Source: Octopus sinensis (Eukaryota). Taken from it: a DNA stretch of 64,000 bases. Positions 50,370-62,929 of this stretch are shown here, one piece after another (the first letter of the stretch is position 1; each line of letters starts with the position of its first letter). The translations under genes were made by a program, and so were the position numbers. The stretch is from assembly GCF_006345805.1 (NCBI RefSeq), contig NC_042999.1, forward strand, positions 34,906,001 through 34,970,000, written 5' to 3'. The notes under the pieces were generated by a model, which was given only the letters and a program-made list of their open reading frames with translations, searched no databases and was not told the DNA's origin.

Positions 50370-50370
<1 letters not shown>
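49445..50370 (-). mobile_element. Cluster of about five SINE family A copies separated by TAA arrays
   Basis: Repeated GGCGGAATTTGAACTCAGAAC..CGTGCTAACGATT..CCAGCTCG..GCCTTAA blocks. Confidence 0.85.
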
Positions 50371-50429
<59 letters not shown>

Positions 50430-50430
<1 letters not shown>

Positions 50431-50668
50431 TAGGCGTATTAGGTATGATAAAAAATATTCAGACAAATGCATAACAAAAACACCAGGACTTACAAATATA
50501 TATTACATTCAGAAAATTGCACTACTTGGCACTGCACGCATCCTACGCAAAACACTTTCAATACAGTAACCATAAGAGCATCAAACCAAACCACAGCACA
50601 TACCCAAGGCACACAGAGCTGCGCTCGGTAGGGAAGTGAAAGCACGCTATAAAAATAAAACTACTGAA
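50430..50668 (+). mobile_element. Severely 5'-truncated Dong/R4 element (last ORF codons plus 3' UTR) within (TAA)n
   Basis: IQKIALLGTARILRKTLSIQ* matches the C-terminus of the 2790-6108 element (LLGTARILRRVL); (AAT)n on both sides. Confidence 0.85.
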
Positions 50669-50756
50669 AAATAATAATAATAATTACAACAACAATAATA
50701 ATAATAATGATAATACTAATAATAATAATAATAATAATAATAACAACAACAACAAC

Positions 50757-50854
<98 letters not shown>

Positions 50855-50855
50855 G
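50669..50855. repeat. (TAA/CAA)n microsatellite
   Basis: Directly visible. Confidence 0.95.
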
Positions 50856-50944
50856 GATGATTTCTTTATTAGCAACGAAGTCACACAGATGGTAGTTATA
50901 GTATAAAAGAAAAATTGACATGTGGTGGATGGGAACGGTAATGG

Positions 50945-51328
50945 ATGGAAGCACTCCGTCGGTTATGACGACGAGGGTTCCGGTTGATCCGAATCAACGG
51001 AACAGCCTGCTCGTGAAATTAACGTGTAAGTGGCTGAGCACTCCACAGACACGTGTACCCTTAACGTAGTTCTCGGGGATATTCAGCGTGACACAGAGAG
51101 TGACAAGGCCGGTCCTTTGAAATACAGGTACAACAGAAACAGGAAGTAAGAGTGAGAGAAAGTTGTGGTGAAAGAGTACAGCAGGGATCACCACCATCCC
51201 CTGCCGGAGCCTCGTGGAGCTTTAGGTGTTTTCGCTCAATAAACACTCACAACGCCCGGTCTGGGAATCGAAACCGCGATCCTATGACCGCGAGTCCGCT
51301 GCCCTAACCACTGGGCCATTGCGCCTCC
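50945..51328 (-). mobile_element. tRNA-derived SINE family B, full length
   Basis: Reverse complement GGAGGCGCAATGGCCCAGTGGTTAGGGCAGCGGACTCGCGG..GGTTTCGATTCCC. Confidence 0.85.
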
Positions 51329-51749
51329 GGGAAAGGTAATAACACAAACAAGTAACAACAAAACTCTAGCAAAATATTTCGCCCATTAGGAAAGATAGCA
51401 CTTCAGGGTTAATCAAGGGGACCCCACAAAACCTTGATTACCCTCACCACCAATATCAACTACGCCCACTTTCCGTTTCCCGACCTCTAGCCACATATTC
51501 AAAATAAGCCCGTTAACATGTACTATATTCGCTACTTTCACACTACTTTTGAAAAACTCACTGTGGTGATAGCACCTCCCTCAACACTATCCCTTTTCTC
51601 ACTATGTGAAACTTAAAACTTGGTAAGAGTGGCGAAGTAACGGCCCTGTTCGGCCAAAGGAAGTCGGTGGAATGATGATTTGGCTGTTAGACAGGGCCGT
51701 CCCACTGGGAACAATAGCTGTTCGACAAAACTCTACAAGTCAGTAATGC

Positions 51750-52720
51750 TTTAACTAAATGAGCACATGATAAACACGACAGTTTCGTCGCTCTGAGCCC
51801 ATCTTGAACATTCTTGGCTGATATCACTTCCGGTCATTTAGAATTTGTGGTGAAACGACAATACCCCTACCCCTGGTATCATTGTCTGACCAACGATTTT
51901 TAGAAAATATTCAATGGTTTACTAGAAGATAATTCCCGGGTCGAAAGCTTTCCGTACTGATTATCATCGACGCCTAGAATTTCCTCGATAGGTCTTTGCT
52001 CTTTCCGACCATTAATCCTTTATATAAGGCTGACGCAGAAGTTCCGGCGACTGCATTGCCCAACTGAAAGAGGGCTGTGAGCGTCTGACAACATTGCAAA
52101 TGTCAGTAGCTCTGACTTGGTCTCCACGTAATCGACCATAACAACTTTATCACGATAATCAGCGTAGAAAAATGTGTGCAACAAAGAACAACTACACTTG
52201 CTCAGCCCATGTTTGTACGTTTGCAACAGATGAGGTGCCTGCCAACTAAAACGCATCATTTCCTCAAGAAACGAGAGGACAGGTATTCTAACTTGATCAA
52301 ACATGAAACAGCAAATTACATATGCGTTCGCCAGTTTTTTTCGACCTTTCGAGAATATCGTCTTTTCAGTCCTTTACTTGGTTTAATAAGACTGGCCATC
52401 TAGCTTGTGACAACAGAACCAGATCTCAAGTAATTTAACAAGACAAATCATTCCTCACCCTCTGGCACTATTTGCTGGCGAGGGTAGTTTTGCATCCATG
52501 TGCCAAGCAAGCTGTAACCCTACTGACAATCCTTGTCAATTTTTACTCCTGTGAGAATTTTATATTGCTTTAGAATGATACCAACTGTCTCGATTTTTTG
52601 TGTTGTCTTACACTATAATGATGACACAGTCGCATATGCCAACATGGCTCTCTTGCGTCACATTTCGAACGGAACGCCTTTCCACAACTCCAATTTTTGC
52701 AGTCGTGGACTAGCAACCAA
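51750..52720 (-). pseudogene. Decayed L1/Tx1-like ORF2 (RT C-terminal part)
   Basis: LAYATVSSL (YADD position), IETVGIILKQYKILTGVKIDKD..LLGTW, KNW and VRRS..GM segments match the Tx1-type V..L..Y...TGAKIN..KS..L.LG.W pattern; many stops. Confidence 0.55.
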
Positions 52721-52810
52721 GGAGTTAGTATGTATAGAAGATATAGGAGTGTATACTCCTATCAGACTGAGCGCGGGACGTAAAATGATTCGTAAAGGTG
52801 ACCATTCTCT

Positions 52811-52902
52811 GATGGCCCGGAGAAGACGACCGAACCCGATCGCTTAGAGGAAGTAAAAGTCGTAACAAGGTTTCTGTAGGTGAACCTGCGGAAGGATCAT
52901 TA
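52811..52902 (+). rRNA. 18S: Isolated 3'-terminal fragment of 18S rRNA (pseudogene)
   Basis: TTAGAGGAAGTAAAAGTCGTAACAAGGTTTCTGTAGGTGAACCTGCGGAAGGATCATTA, the universal eukaryotic 18S 3' end with one CpG-type change (TTTCCG>TTTCTG). Confidence 0.93.
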
Positions 52903-53010
52903 GCGCCGTGTTTTTCTTTCGAAAACGCAAACTTGCGATCCGCCCATTTCAAGTCGCGGCCGGGCCCCCACGCCCGAGTACCACCGAATGCTCTTGTTTT
53001 GGCCCTCTAA
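52903..53010 (+). other. Probable ITS1 5' segment
   Basis: GC-rich sequence directly following GGATCATTA; right boundary uncertain. Confidence 0.55.
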
Positions 53011-53149
53011 CACTGTGCATTGAAGCGATCCAGCACCTGAAGACTTCTACTGTGAGAAAAACTATCAAGTGGCGATGGTCGACCTGACCGAAAACTTTAG
53101 ATTGATCAAAAACTGTAGTTGATCAAAAACCCACCAGAGTCATACTTAT

Positions 53150-55820
53150 TATCTGACCTCTCTACAGGGTATTGTGTGAGATGAAGGTTGTTGTGGATAG
53201 CATGGATCTGGATTACTTACACTTTTATTATCGTTTTGTGTTTCCTCCAGGATCTACTGCAACACCTTCGAATCTATTTTGAGAAATATTTTGTACCCTT
53301 CCTCCATTTTCTCAGTCACAACATCCATCACTTCAGCAATCGAAACTATATAATCTTCAACATGATTATCTACTACTACTGCTACTACTACTTCTATTAC
53401 TAACACCACCAAATCTACTACTAATATTAATACTACTAATACTAGCATTGGCAAGAAGTAAATGCACTTTCTCTCTTCCTTACCTTCTTAATCGAACAAT
53501 ATGAATGCGAACTTCACAGCACACTCAATTCAATTTGTGCAGAAACCTTGAGGACATCGCCAACTCACAATCACCTGCATCTATTAACTCATAAATTACA
53601 ATGAACAAGCAGTCTTTTCTGATGCCCCACCCCACATACACACAAGAATAATATGAAATCTCAATATCTGATGATATTCTCTATATGAGAGACTCCGCCT
53701 ATTACGGGGCTGCACATTCATCCATCTCCCAAAGACTAGACATGCAAGAATCACACAGTAATCCTAATCCATACCATATCACTTATAAAAACGACACTAC
53801 TAGGTACACTGCTCTTCCCTTTAAATTCAACCAAACCGCATTAATTCACTACTGTAGAAGCACGATCCATCACTAGTGTAATTCTGTCACTTGTCGTCAC
53901 AATAATAACCAACTCATTTCTCCCGTAATCTAGAAAACAAGAGGATATTCGGTGGGACGAAAAGCCAGCAATCGTAATGATTTCCGTCATTGGCTTAGAA
54001 CCACAGAGATTCCAATCATGAATACTTCTTCAACTAAGGACTCTTTTTAACATGCTAAAATGGGGCAAAAGAAGTCCAGAAACACAGTCTATCTATAACA
54101 CCACTATCAACCTCAACTATCGCATCAGCGAGTACGAATACCTCTAGTACTGTCCACTAAACGACAACGTACACGTTGCAAGGCCCTTGAAGTGTACAAA
54201 CAACCCACTTTAGCTTTGGAGATCTAGCTAAATGTCTAAATGCATCATCTCATCCGGTTGCAAACAAGAATAGAAGATTCTATACACTGAGCGTTGGAAT
54301 GCTGGAAAGTCACACATTGTGCTAGTGTACGTTAGGCAACATGATTATAGTATAGTATAATAAGACAAATGGGGAGGCGCAATGGCCCAGTGGTTAGGGC
54401 AGCGGACTCGCGGTAAGAGGATCGCAGTTTCGATTCCCGGACTGGGCGTTGTATGTGTTTATTGAGTGAAAACACCTAAAGCTCCACGAGGCTCCGGCAT
54501 GGGGTGGTAGCGAACCCTGTTGTACACTTTCGCCCCAACTTTCTGACTCTCTTTTTTTCCTGTTTCTTGAGTAATTCTGCGATGGACTGGCGTCCCGTCC
54601 AGCTGGGGGGTACACATACACCATAGAAACCGGGAAACCGGGCCCATGAACCTGGCTAGCCTTGAAAAGGGCGCATAAATAAATAAAAATAACAAGACAA
54701 CAGCATAACGCAGTTAGTAAGAGAGGTTCACACTCCTTATTTAATTTCCTAACCTCTCTCACTAACGGTGTTACCTTCCTATACTATAGTATATCTTCCT
54801 ATACTATACTGTTGTCTTCCTATATTATACTGAAAAGTCACGCTCAGTCCTTTTCTACATCATAACGGTTACCCACCTTAACAACGCCTCACATCCCTAG
54901 ATGATGAGATGAACGTTAGAGAATGTCATTTTCTTCCATCATTTCTTTACTGCGGATACAAAGTACCTCTTTGTGTCTGTACACAACAATCTAACTATAA
55001 CTGAGCTCTAATCTCTTTCCAACAGTGTCTAGGCAAAATTATGCAATTCTAGAAACGTATTTCTGAAGAGTGACTTCAAGTTTCCCTGTGTGCTTTTTGT
55101 TTTACAAACAATGTGAAGCCACGTAACTGCATAACAGCTTTAAACTAAGTGACAAGAGAGTAAGTTTTCATTTTATGAATGATTAATAATTTTCTTGTCT
55201 CAGATCATACTGTATAGAGACCGGCATGCTAAAGAATAGACCCATCATTTCCTCTGATTGCCGTAAAAGGCGACTAAAAAAGGTTGAGTTAGGATTTGCA
55301 CTCCCAACCTGTAAACCTCTAACCGGCAACGACTACGCAAATGGACCCATGGGATGAATGGTTCTTTCGTGAGTAGTACAAAGGTGTCGTCCGTCAGAAA
55401 TAGGGAATCGCTAATAAACGGTGGATTCAGCGACGTGTTATTAGAGCGCTTGCTTCCATAAAAATAAAAGAATCATGCTTCAGCAACTGTGGTTCAGACG
55501 AGCAGTTTTTCACTTAGTGTTTAGCAAGTGCGAAAGCACTATCTCTGATTTCGCAGTCAAATATTATCTGCTCTATTAGATGATTATATTTAGCCTTCAT
55601 ATTCAAACAATAAACAGCCTCACCATTCGCTTAACAATATAGATCTGCGCATAGTAAACTGGATTGCAATTATACAGGATCTATCACTTGCTGACTGGTC
55701 TTTCAATCACTTCTGCTAACAACAAAGCATCTTTCCAGTTACTTATAGATGAAATGACCAAACTATACCTACACCGCACCCCATCACGATTCGTAAACAA
55801 AACTAACACTAGTTTCTGAA
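53150..55820 (+). pseudogene. Heavily decayed APE-type LINE (ORF1-like region plus endonuclease), interrupted by later insertions
   Basis: YLFVSVH..NVFLKSDFKFP (GDFN motif), FHLVFSK..ISD, NWIAIIQDLSLADW; possible decayed zinc knuckles at about 54040-54280. ORF1 part weak. Confidence 0.55.
54371..54690 (+). mobile_element. SINE with family B head and V-domain-like (family C) tail
   Basis: Head as 51328; tail GCGATGGACTGGCGTCCCGTCCAGCTGG; flanking AAGACAA repeat as probable TSD. Confidence 0.85.
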
Positions 55821-56169
55821 GAAGGAAAAAAAAAAGTTTTAATAGAAGAATAAATACTTCTAGGCACAGCGATTATATTCTCTGCCAACGCTTGAATCAA
55901 TCAAATAAATAGGATAAATAACATCTACGGAGAAAGTGTAACTAGTGTTATGGAAGATTGAAAACAATAGAACACTAAGTATTGTACACTTCTTACTAAA
56001 AGCATGTGGGTGTTGTTTTATCCATTGGTCCACTGATTGGTGAAACAACATACCCCATAATGTTGCCAAAGAAATGATTAACATCATTAACAGCAGCAAT
56101 ACAGCAACAATACTAGAAAATAGTGAAATATTGGGGTATATAAATCCTCGGCAAAACAAAATGGGTATT

Positions 56170-56240
56170 ACCACGCGTGGGAATCGAACCCACACCTCTT
56201 AATTTCGCGATAAGTGTGTTGACCAACTACAACAACTTAC
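56170..56240 (-). pseudogene. tRNA-like sequence (pseudogene or solitary SINE head)
   Basis: T-arm TGGG-TTCGATT-CCCA and A-box-like TGTAGTTGG present; acceptor stem does not pair. Confidence 0.5.
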
Positions 56241-56400
56241 CTACCAGTTTCTTTCCGTTAAATTTAGGAACTATAATTTCATAGGGTTGTGTAAACAAAC
56301 AAATATGTGCGTATTCTGTATTAAATTAAGAAACAAGGACGAGTGAAAATTCTGTAAGTAATGATTATAATCTTAAGCTTATAAGCGCTCACTGTGCATT

Positions 56401-56402
<2 letters not shown>

Positions 56403-56489
<87 letters not shown>

Positions 56490-56513
56490 TATGTAGGTAT
56501 GTATGCATGTATG

Positions 56514-56547
<34 letters not shown>

Positions 56548-56612
56548 TGTATGTATGTATGTATGTATGTATGTATGTATGTATGTATGTATGTATGTAT
56601 GTATATAGGTAT
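56403..56612. repeat. (TA)n plus (TATG)n microsatellite
   Basis: Directly visible. Confidence 0.95.
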
Positions 56613-56666
56613 GTGTGTATATGAAATAACTACCGCCATGAAATGTACTTCAATAGTGAATCTAAG

Positions 56667-56959
56667 TGGAGGCACATGGCCCAGTGGTTAGAGCAGCGGA
56701 CTCGCGGTCGAGGGGTCACGGGTTCGAATCTCAGACCGGGCGATGTGTGTGTTTATGAGCGAAACACCAAAGCTCCACGCGTCTCCGAAGGAAGGTAATG
56801 GCGAACGTCTGCTGACTCTTTCGCCACAACTTTCTCACACACTTTCCTCCTGCATCTTGCAGTTCACCTGCGACGGACCGGCGTCCCATCCAGGTGAGGA
56901 ACCCATACGCCGGAAAACCGGCCTTATGAACCAGGCACGACTCGAGAAGGAACAAACAA
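56667..56959 (+). mobile_element. SINE (family B-type head, V-domain-like core) with 10-bp TSD
   Basis: TSD TGAATCTAAG at 56657-56666 and 56960-56969; GGGTTCGAATC B-box. Confidence 0.9.
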
Positions 56960-58189
56960 TGAATCTAAGCTTCAGAAGGTCTCCAATTAAATATGTAACT
57001 ACATATGACCGGTACAATGTGATCTTGGATTACAACATCCTGGTCTACTAGCCCAAATCTCATCTTGTTGACTATTGTAGCCCACTCTAACCTCCTGATA
57101 TGAAACTCAATATTATACAAAAAGGAAGTATTTTAGAATCTATGTTTAACTTTGACAAAGGTTTTAAACCCCATGGTTACTAAGTGCAGAGGACCAAACT
57201 GTGGTACGTGTCTATCTTTAACTGAAGGCTCAGTATTCAAATTTAAAGATTTTAAAATAAAAGAAAGCTTCACTTGTAACTCCCAAAATTTTATTTGGTC
57301 ATAACATGATATTTGTAAAACTACATGGGACAGACTGGGTTATAGCTGTATAGAAGAATGACAGTATATAAACACCAAATAAATAATGAAAACAAAAATT
57401 CGGAAATTTCGTTAAATTGACATATAGAAATATATGCCTGAAGAGAACCACCGTATTTTAAAATATTTCCATTTTTAAAATGTTCAGACTCAACCAAGAA
57501 CGACAACGAATAAACCGAGAAAGATAATCTATTATGAAATAAAAACCTTGCTTAAATGATTGACAAATAATTTCTTGGACATATGACATAAGGAACAGTA
57601 TCATACAAGGAACAACGATTCGAATGCCCATACATGGGTGCACGCATACATTCTCATATTGTTTTGTTATACACAATATATCATTAACCTGTCTGTGTAT
57701 GTGTCTATGTGTATATGTATGTGTGCGTGCGTGCGTGTGTGTACGAGTAAATACGTATATGCGTCTTTCTATATCTTGTAAAGACTATATGATTCACAGA
57801 AAAGGCCAAAGTAAGCGTAACCTGTCTGGAACCAAAGTTCAACTTACTATCCCCTTATCTTTTGACCTGACCACATCATTTTCTTCGACTAACGACACTC
57901 TCACCTCTTTCGATATATACCTATCTGATGCTTGGTCAATTGTTTAAAAATCTTAACTTTTCACTTAAATTTCAGGCTTAACATTCCTTACAGTTTGAAG
58001 ACTAACCGTATCCTTTTACTTAAAATCGTTACTGAATAATCTTTCACTCGAAACCAGATACCTTAGCTCTTCATCTAACTGCAACAGTTTCAACTCCATA
58101 CATTTCACCTGCATGCATTTTCCTTTGTTTAGTCAGAATGGACGAAACCAATTAGAATGCTAGTTTAAAAGATATAACACAAGAAAATC

Positions 58190-58347
58190 AGGTGGCGATC
58201 TAACAGAATCGTTAGCACGTCTGACAAAATACTAGCGACATTTAACCCGTATTTACTTTCGGGATCGATAAAATAAGTACCAGCTGAGCACTGATCTTGT
58301 ACCAAATTAGTGATCTTGTACCAAATTAGTGATCTTGTACCAAATTG
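58190..58347 (+). mobile_element. Deleted SINE family A followed by a 19-bp tandem (TGATCTTGTACCAAATTAG x about 3)
   Basis: Head and core visible; tandem at about 58292-58347. Confidence 0.7.
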
Positions 58348-58829
58348 CTGACCTGGTAGCAAACTTTGAAACCAATATATCTAAAGGAAGTATTATACTT
58401 GTGTTTACTTTTATATATTTCTGGAAAGATTAGAAAAATTCTTTTAACGTCATTGTGCATTTTCACTTAGTTTTTGTTTATACAAGTCAATTTCTATGGA
58501 AACCTTTAACCACTTATCATTGCGTGTGAATGTGTATATTAGTATGTGTGTCTGTGTATTTGTGTGTGTATGTGTGTGTGTGTGTGTCTGTCTGTCTGTC
58601 TGTCTGTTCTCGTACAGTTATAATACAAACAATTTTACATTAATCTGATGGGTTACTCTATACTTTTCTAGAGCACAAATGTATTATTCTTAAACAAGAA
58701 TACAGTGACTTCGAAATTTCAGTTTCCTAAGCCATCATCGATTTCCTAAGCCACTACTACAGTGGCAGTTCGTCGATGTGTTAACTACCTGAAACTTCGA
58801 AGTCACAGTCAACGATGGTGTTGTTTAAG

Positions 58830-58916
<87 letters not shown>

Positions 58917-58919
58917 ACG

Positions 58920-59160
58920 TGATCACGTTACCGATCACGCTATCGGATATTGTCAAACATCGCTGGTCGCAATGCGTTTTACATTGTTTTAGCCTTCAAA
59001 TGACGCCACCACGCTGGCCAACATTGCACCCTGATCGAAAGGGGGACGTGAAATGAAGTGTTTTGCTCAGGAACATAACGCGCCGCCCAATCAGGGAATA
59101 GAACTCACGATCTAGTGATCGTGAGTGCAACAGCCTAACCACTGGGCCACGCGTTTCCAC
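58920..59160 (-). mobile_element. tRNA-derived SINE (family C-type head, different tail)
   Basis: Reverse complement GTGGCCCAGTGGTTAGGC..GAGTTCTATTCCC..GAGCAAAACACTTCATTTCACG. Confidence 0.7.
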
Positions 59161-59224
59161 ACACGCACATATATAAGGTATAAATAATGGGCTTCATGCG
59201 TTATAGCCTGACAGCTGTTTCTAA

Positions 59225-59474
59225 TATATTCTTTTTACTCTTTTTACTCTTTTACTCCTTTCAGTCATTTGACTGCGGCCGTGCTGGAGCACCGCCTTTA
59301 GTCGAGCAAATCGACCCCGGGACTTATTCTTTGTAAGCCCAGTACTTATTCTATCGGTCTCTTTTGCTGAACCGCAAAGTGACGGGGACGTAAACACTCC
59401 AGCATCGGTTGTCAAGCAATGCTAGGGAGACAAACACAGACACACAAACACATACACACACACACACACACACA

Positions 59475-59531
<57 letters not shown>

Positions 59532-59690
59532 TACGACAGGCTTCTTTCAGTTTCCGTCTACCAAATCCACTCACAAGGCATTGGTCGGCCCGGGGCCATA
59601 GCAGAAGACACTTGCCCAAGATGCCACGCAGTGGGACTGAACCGGGAACCATGTGGTTGGTTAGCAAGCGACTTACCACACAGCCACTCA
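59225..59690 (-). mobile_element. SINE family D, full length with internal microsatellite
   Basis: Head GTGGCTGTGTGGTAAGTCGCTTG..GGTTCAGTCCC, internal (TA)/(TG)n, tail GACTGAAAGGAGTAAAAAGAG repeats. Confidence 0.88.
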
Positions 59691-60124
59691 TAATACTAGG
59701 ATCACCTCAAAAATTCGTTTGCAATTTATACAATGTAGAAAATATCCGATCAAAACAGAGTAAATGTACTTCGCATCAGTTTTAAACGTCACTTTAAGCT
59801 GGGTCCACCAATAAAGACATTCAAATATCACATATCACCATTGCGCCTTAACTTCTTTTTTACCTCAATTTGTCCTGTTTTGTTGAACACAATCTTCAAA
59901 ATGTCGTGGGCAATTTCTTCTAAGATACACCACCGACAACCTGATATATTTTAGCCAACAACTATTCGAATGGGCTGTGGTGTTTCTAAATATGACAGAA
60001 AATATTTCACTATTTGGCGTTATGAAAATAGACATGTCTTGCGTCAATATCAGCTAAAGAGTAAATAATCTTAAAGGGACGCATACATAGATATGTGTAT
60101 GCGTCCCTTTAAAACACGCATACA

Positions 60125-60125
60125 C

Positions 60126-60158
<33 letters not shown>

Positions 60159-60337
60159 TGTATGTATGTATGTATGTATGCATGTGTGCATGTATGTATG
60201 TATGTACGTATGTGTGCATGTATGTATGTATGTGTGCATGTATGTATTATGTATGTATGTATGTATGTATGTATGTATGTATGTATGTATGTATGTATGT
60301 ATGTGTGTATGTGTGCATGTATGTATGTATGTACGTA
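60125..60337. repeat. (TATG)n microsatellite
   Basis: Directly visible. Confidence 0.95.
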
Positions 60338-62929
60338 ACTGCTCACACTGTTATAGAGTTTTCTTTTGTTCATTGTTTAAATTTAACAAATACTTATAGC
60401 ACTCTCTAGTGAATGAATTTCCAAGAAAATTTTTAGCAAACATAATGTCTTTAGACAGTTTCCGAGTCTAAAATGAATGATTGAATCTTTTCAAATTAAT
60501 AACAAGTAGTAAAATTACTTTGAAATCTTTAAATTTGACGTAAAATAGTGCCAATTTTCTTTCTTTGGCATTCAAGAAATATCATTTGTAATAGTTCGAT
60601 TTCATATATTTTAAATAATTACTCTGCAACCATCGATGAATAGTATAAATAATATATTTTAATGACAAATTTTAATCGATTTGTTTGTCTGATTAATTCG
60701 CTGAAATGAAGTTATTGTAAAGAAAGTGTTCCACATCAAAGCACAAACACTTTGCAATATAAACGGTTTAAAAACGTCAGCAGCTATTGTTTCGATTGCT
60801 ATGTTTACTTTTTCAAGTGCGTTTCAAACTCATTCTCTCATTATGTTTACAACTACATTTCATCAATCTCGTCTCTTTTGATTTGATTAGACTTGTTTCT
60901 GGACGAATGCACTTGTTAATAAGAGAAAAAGTTATCTTCTATCGATTTCCTTATCAATGTTCGTTGTAGTGCTGAAATAGTCGGACATGAAGTATTAAAA
61001 CACTTTTTTTTCCTCCGTTCCAACATCTCGTTATCAATAAAATACTCGGAAAAGGAAAAAGAAAACTTTAGATGATATAAAGAATTCTAGTAAGAGTAGA
61101 AATATGTAATTTGAAACAATCAAATAATAAATTACTAAAGCAATTGGTTAAAATGACATCGATAAATGATCTACGATACAAATAGAAAAATAAAATAATG
61201 ATGGAATTACAAAAAACATACTTAAACAATAGCCAAAATAACTGACGACTGAATATTTAGAAATCATTAATGAGGTGATATATAGGCATTAAGATGCGAT
61301 CATTTTAACATAAACAAAATAGTGTGAACAATGTGTAATATTCAGTCTTAGGGATGGGAGTATCTACATTGTGTATAGTTTTTTGTATCTCATTCGGTCT
61401 TGGGGAGGTGATATGTAAAGTTGGAAAATTGGAATAATAGCTTGACGCAAGAAAGGAAGAACTTGAGATTATATTGTTATATTCAGGATGACTATTAGCT
61501 CTAATGGAAAATTGAAGCGGTTATGGACCTGGTATGTCAGTAACGTTCTTCAGTATGATATATAATATGAAGCAAATTTAATGACGGAGCAAATTTTATT
61601 TTACTCTGGATATGTATTATACACACTCTTCAATAAATGTGCACATTCCAATCCTACTTAAATGCGTTTAAAGCGTATCACATCATTTTGAGACACCTAG
61701 TGCATCTTCAAAGAAATTAATTAACAAAAATTTACCAATTCATTTTTCTTTCAATCTGTAAAACCACTAAAGTTTAATGGAGAATTTGTAAATCGTACAA
61801 ATTCTGTTCTAAGAGAAACGGGTATGGGGCACAGACTACGGAGTTTTACACTTTACGATGCCTATTTCAAATTCTTCACAATAAGATGTATTTCTTATTT
61901 CATGAAACAAAAAGAATACCATAGTAGTAGCTATTGTACTATATACACATACAAGTTTGTGTGGAAAGGTTGTTCTTTCCTAGGGATATTTATCCCAGCG
62001 TACACCGGATTAGATCTATATCAATTAAGGATAGTGTAAATTCGACATGTGCATATGTACTAGTGTTTATCGTTGGTTCTTCTTCGATCTTACATTTTTT
62101 GAAGTTCCAGATGTCGCTAAAGATGTTATCATTTTTTCGATATAGGAGAAAACTTTTAACAATACAAAGATAATGGCGAATACATCCATAGAATAATCAA
62201 TATATTTATTATAATGGTCAATTCATGTTATCTACGCACGTTTCGGTTTGTTACTTAAATATATATTAATGCAATTAAATTGCATTATGCATTTGAACAA
62301 GCAAAAACATTCGATAGAGCCAAAATTGACTGTTCAAAAGATTAAAACTTGGCTGTTATTTTCTCATACATCTTCATGGAGAATTCATGCCAATTGAATT
62401 TTAGTAAGAATGTCTTGGATTATATTCTAAAAACAGCTGGAGATTGATTTCAACCCTACTGGACAAGGGACAGGCATAGTTCAGAAGAACTACGTCATAT
62501 TACTATTCATCCTTTTAGTGGTGCAATTCATTTTCAATTTTAAGTATGTTTGTAAGCACATTCCTCATTAACTATGTAGGTTTATAAATTTACCTTTATC
62601 ATTTGCACAATCTATCATGCTCACATTATATATCTATATGTTCTTATTCATTGGTAAAAAAACAAATTTAGGTGTGTACTTATTTGCTATCTTTTACTTA
62701 TTTATTTTGTTTATTCTTATTGTAATAAGTTCTATTAGTTATTGTAATATAATTTATTATTTAGACATTTTATTTAGAGAGTTTGGGTTTTTAACTGGAG
62801 CAATTTAAGTTCAATGTGGGTATATTCATCTTTAGGAATTATTGTTATGTAAAATATATTTATTTAATTATATTAATTACAAATTATTTAAATTTATTAA
62901 ATGTATACTTAACTCAATGTACACAATAA

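Noticed and set aside
52020-52304. Minus ORF with VVMVDYVETK resembling a Gypsy integrase
   Set aside because: Neighbouring frames give a more coherent run of L1/Tx1 RT motifs; the integrase resemblance is likely chance.
61487-61531. 45-nt candidate exon (MTISSNGKLKRLWT) with good splice signals
   Set aside because: Too short to distinguish from chance, no partner exon, and opposite strand to the 42688 candidate.
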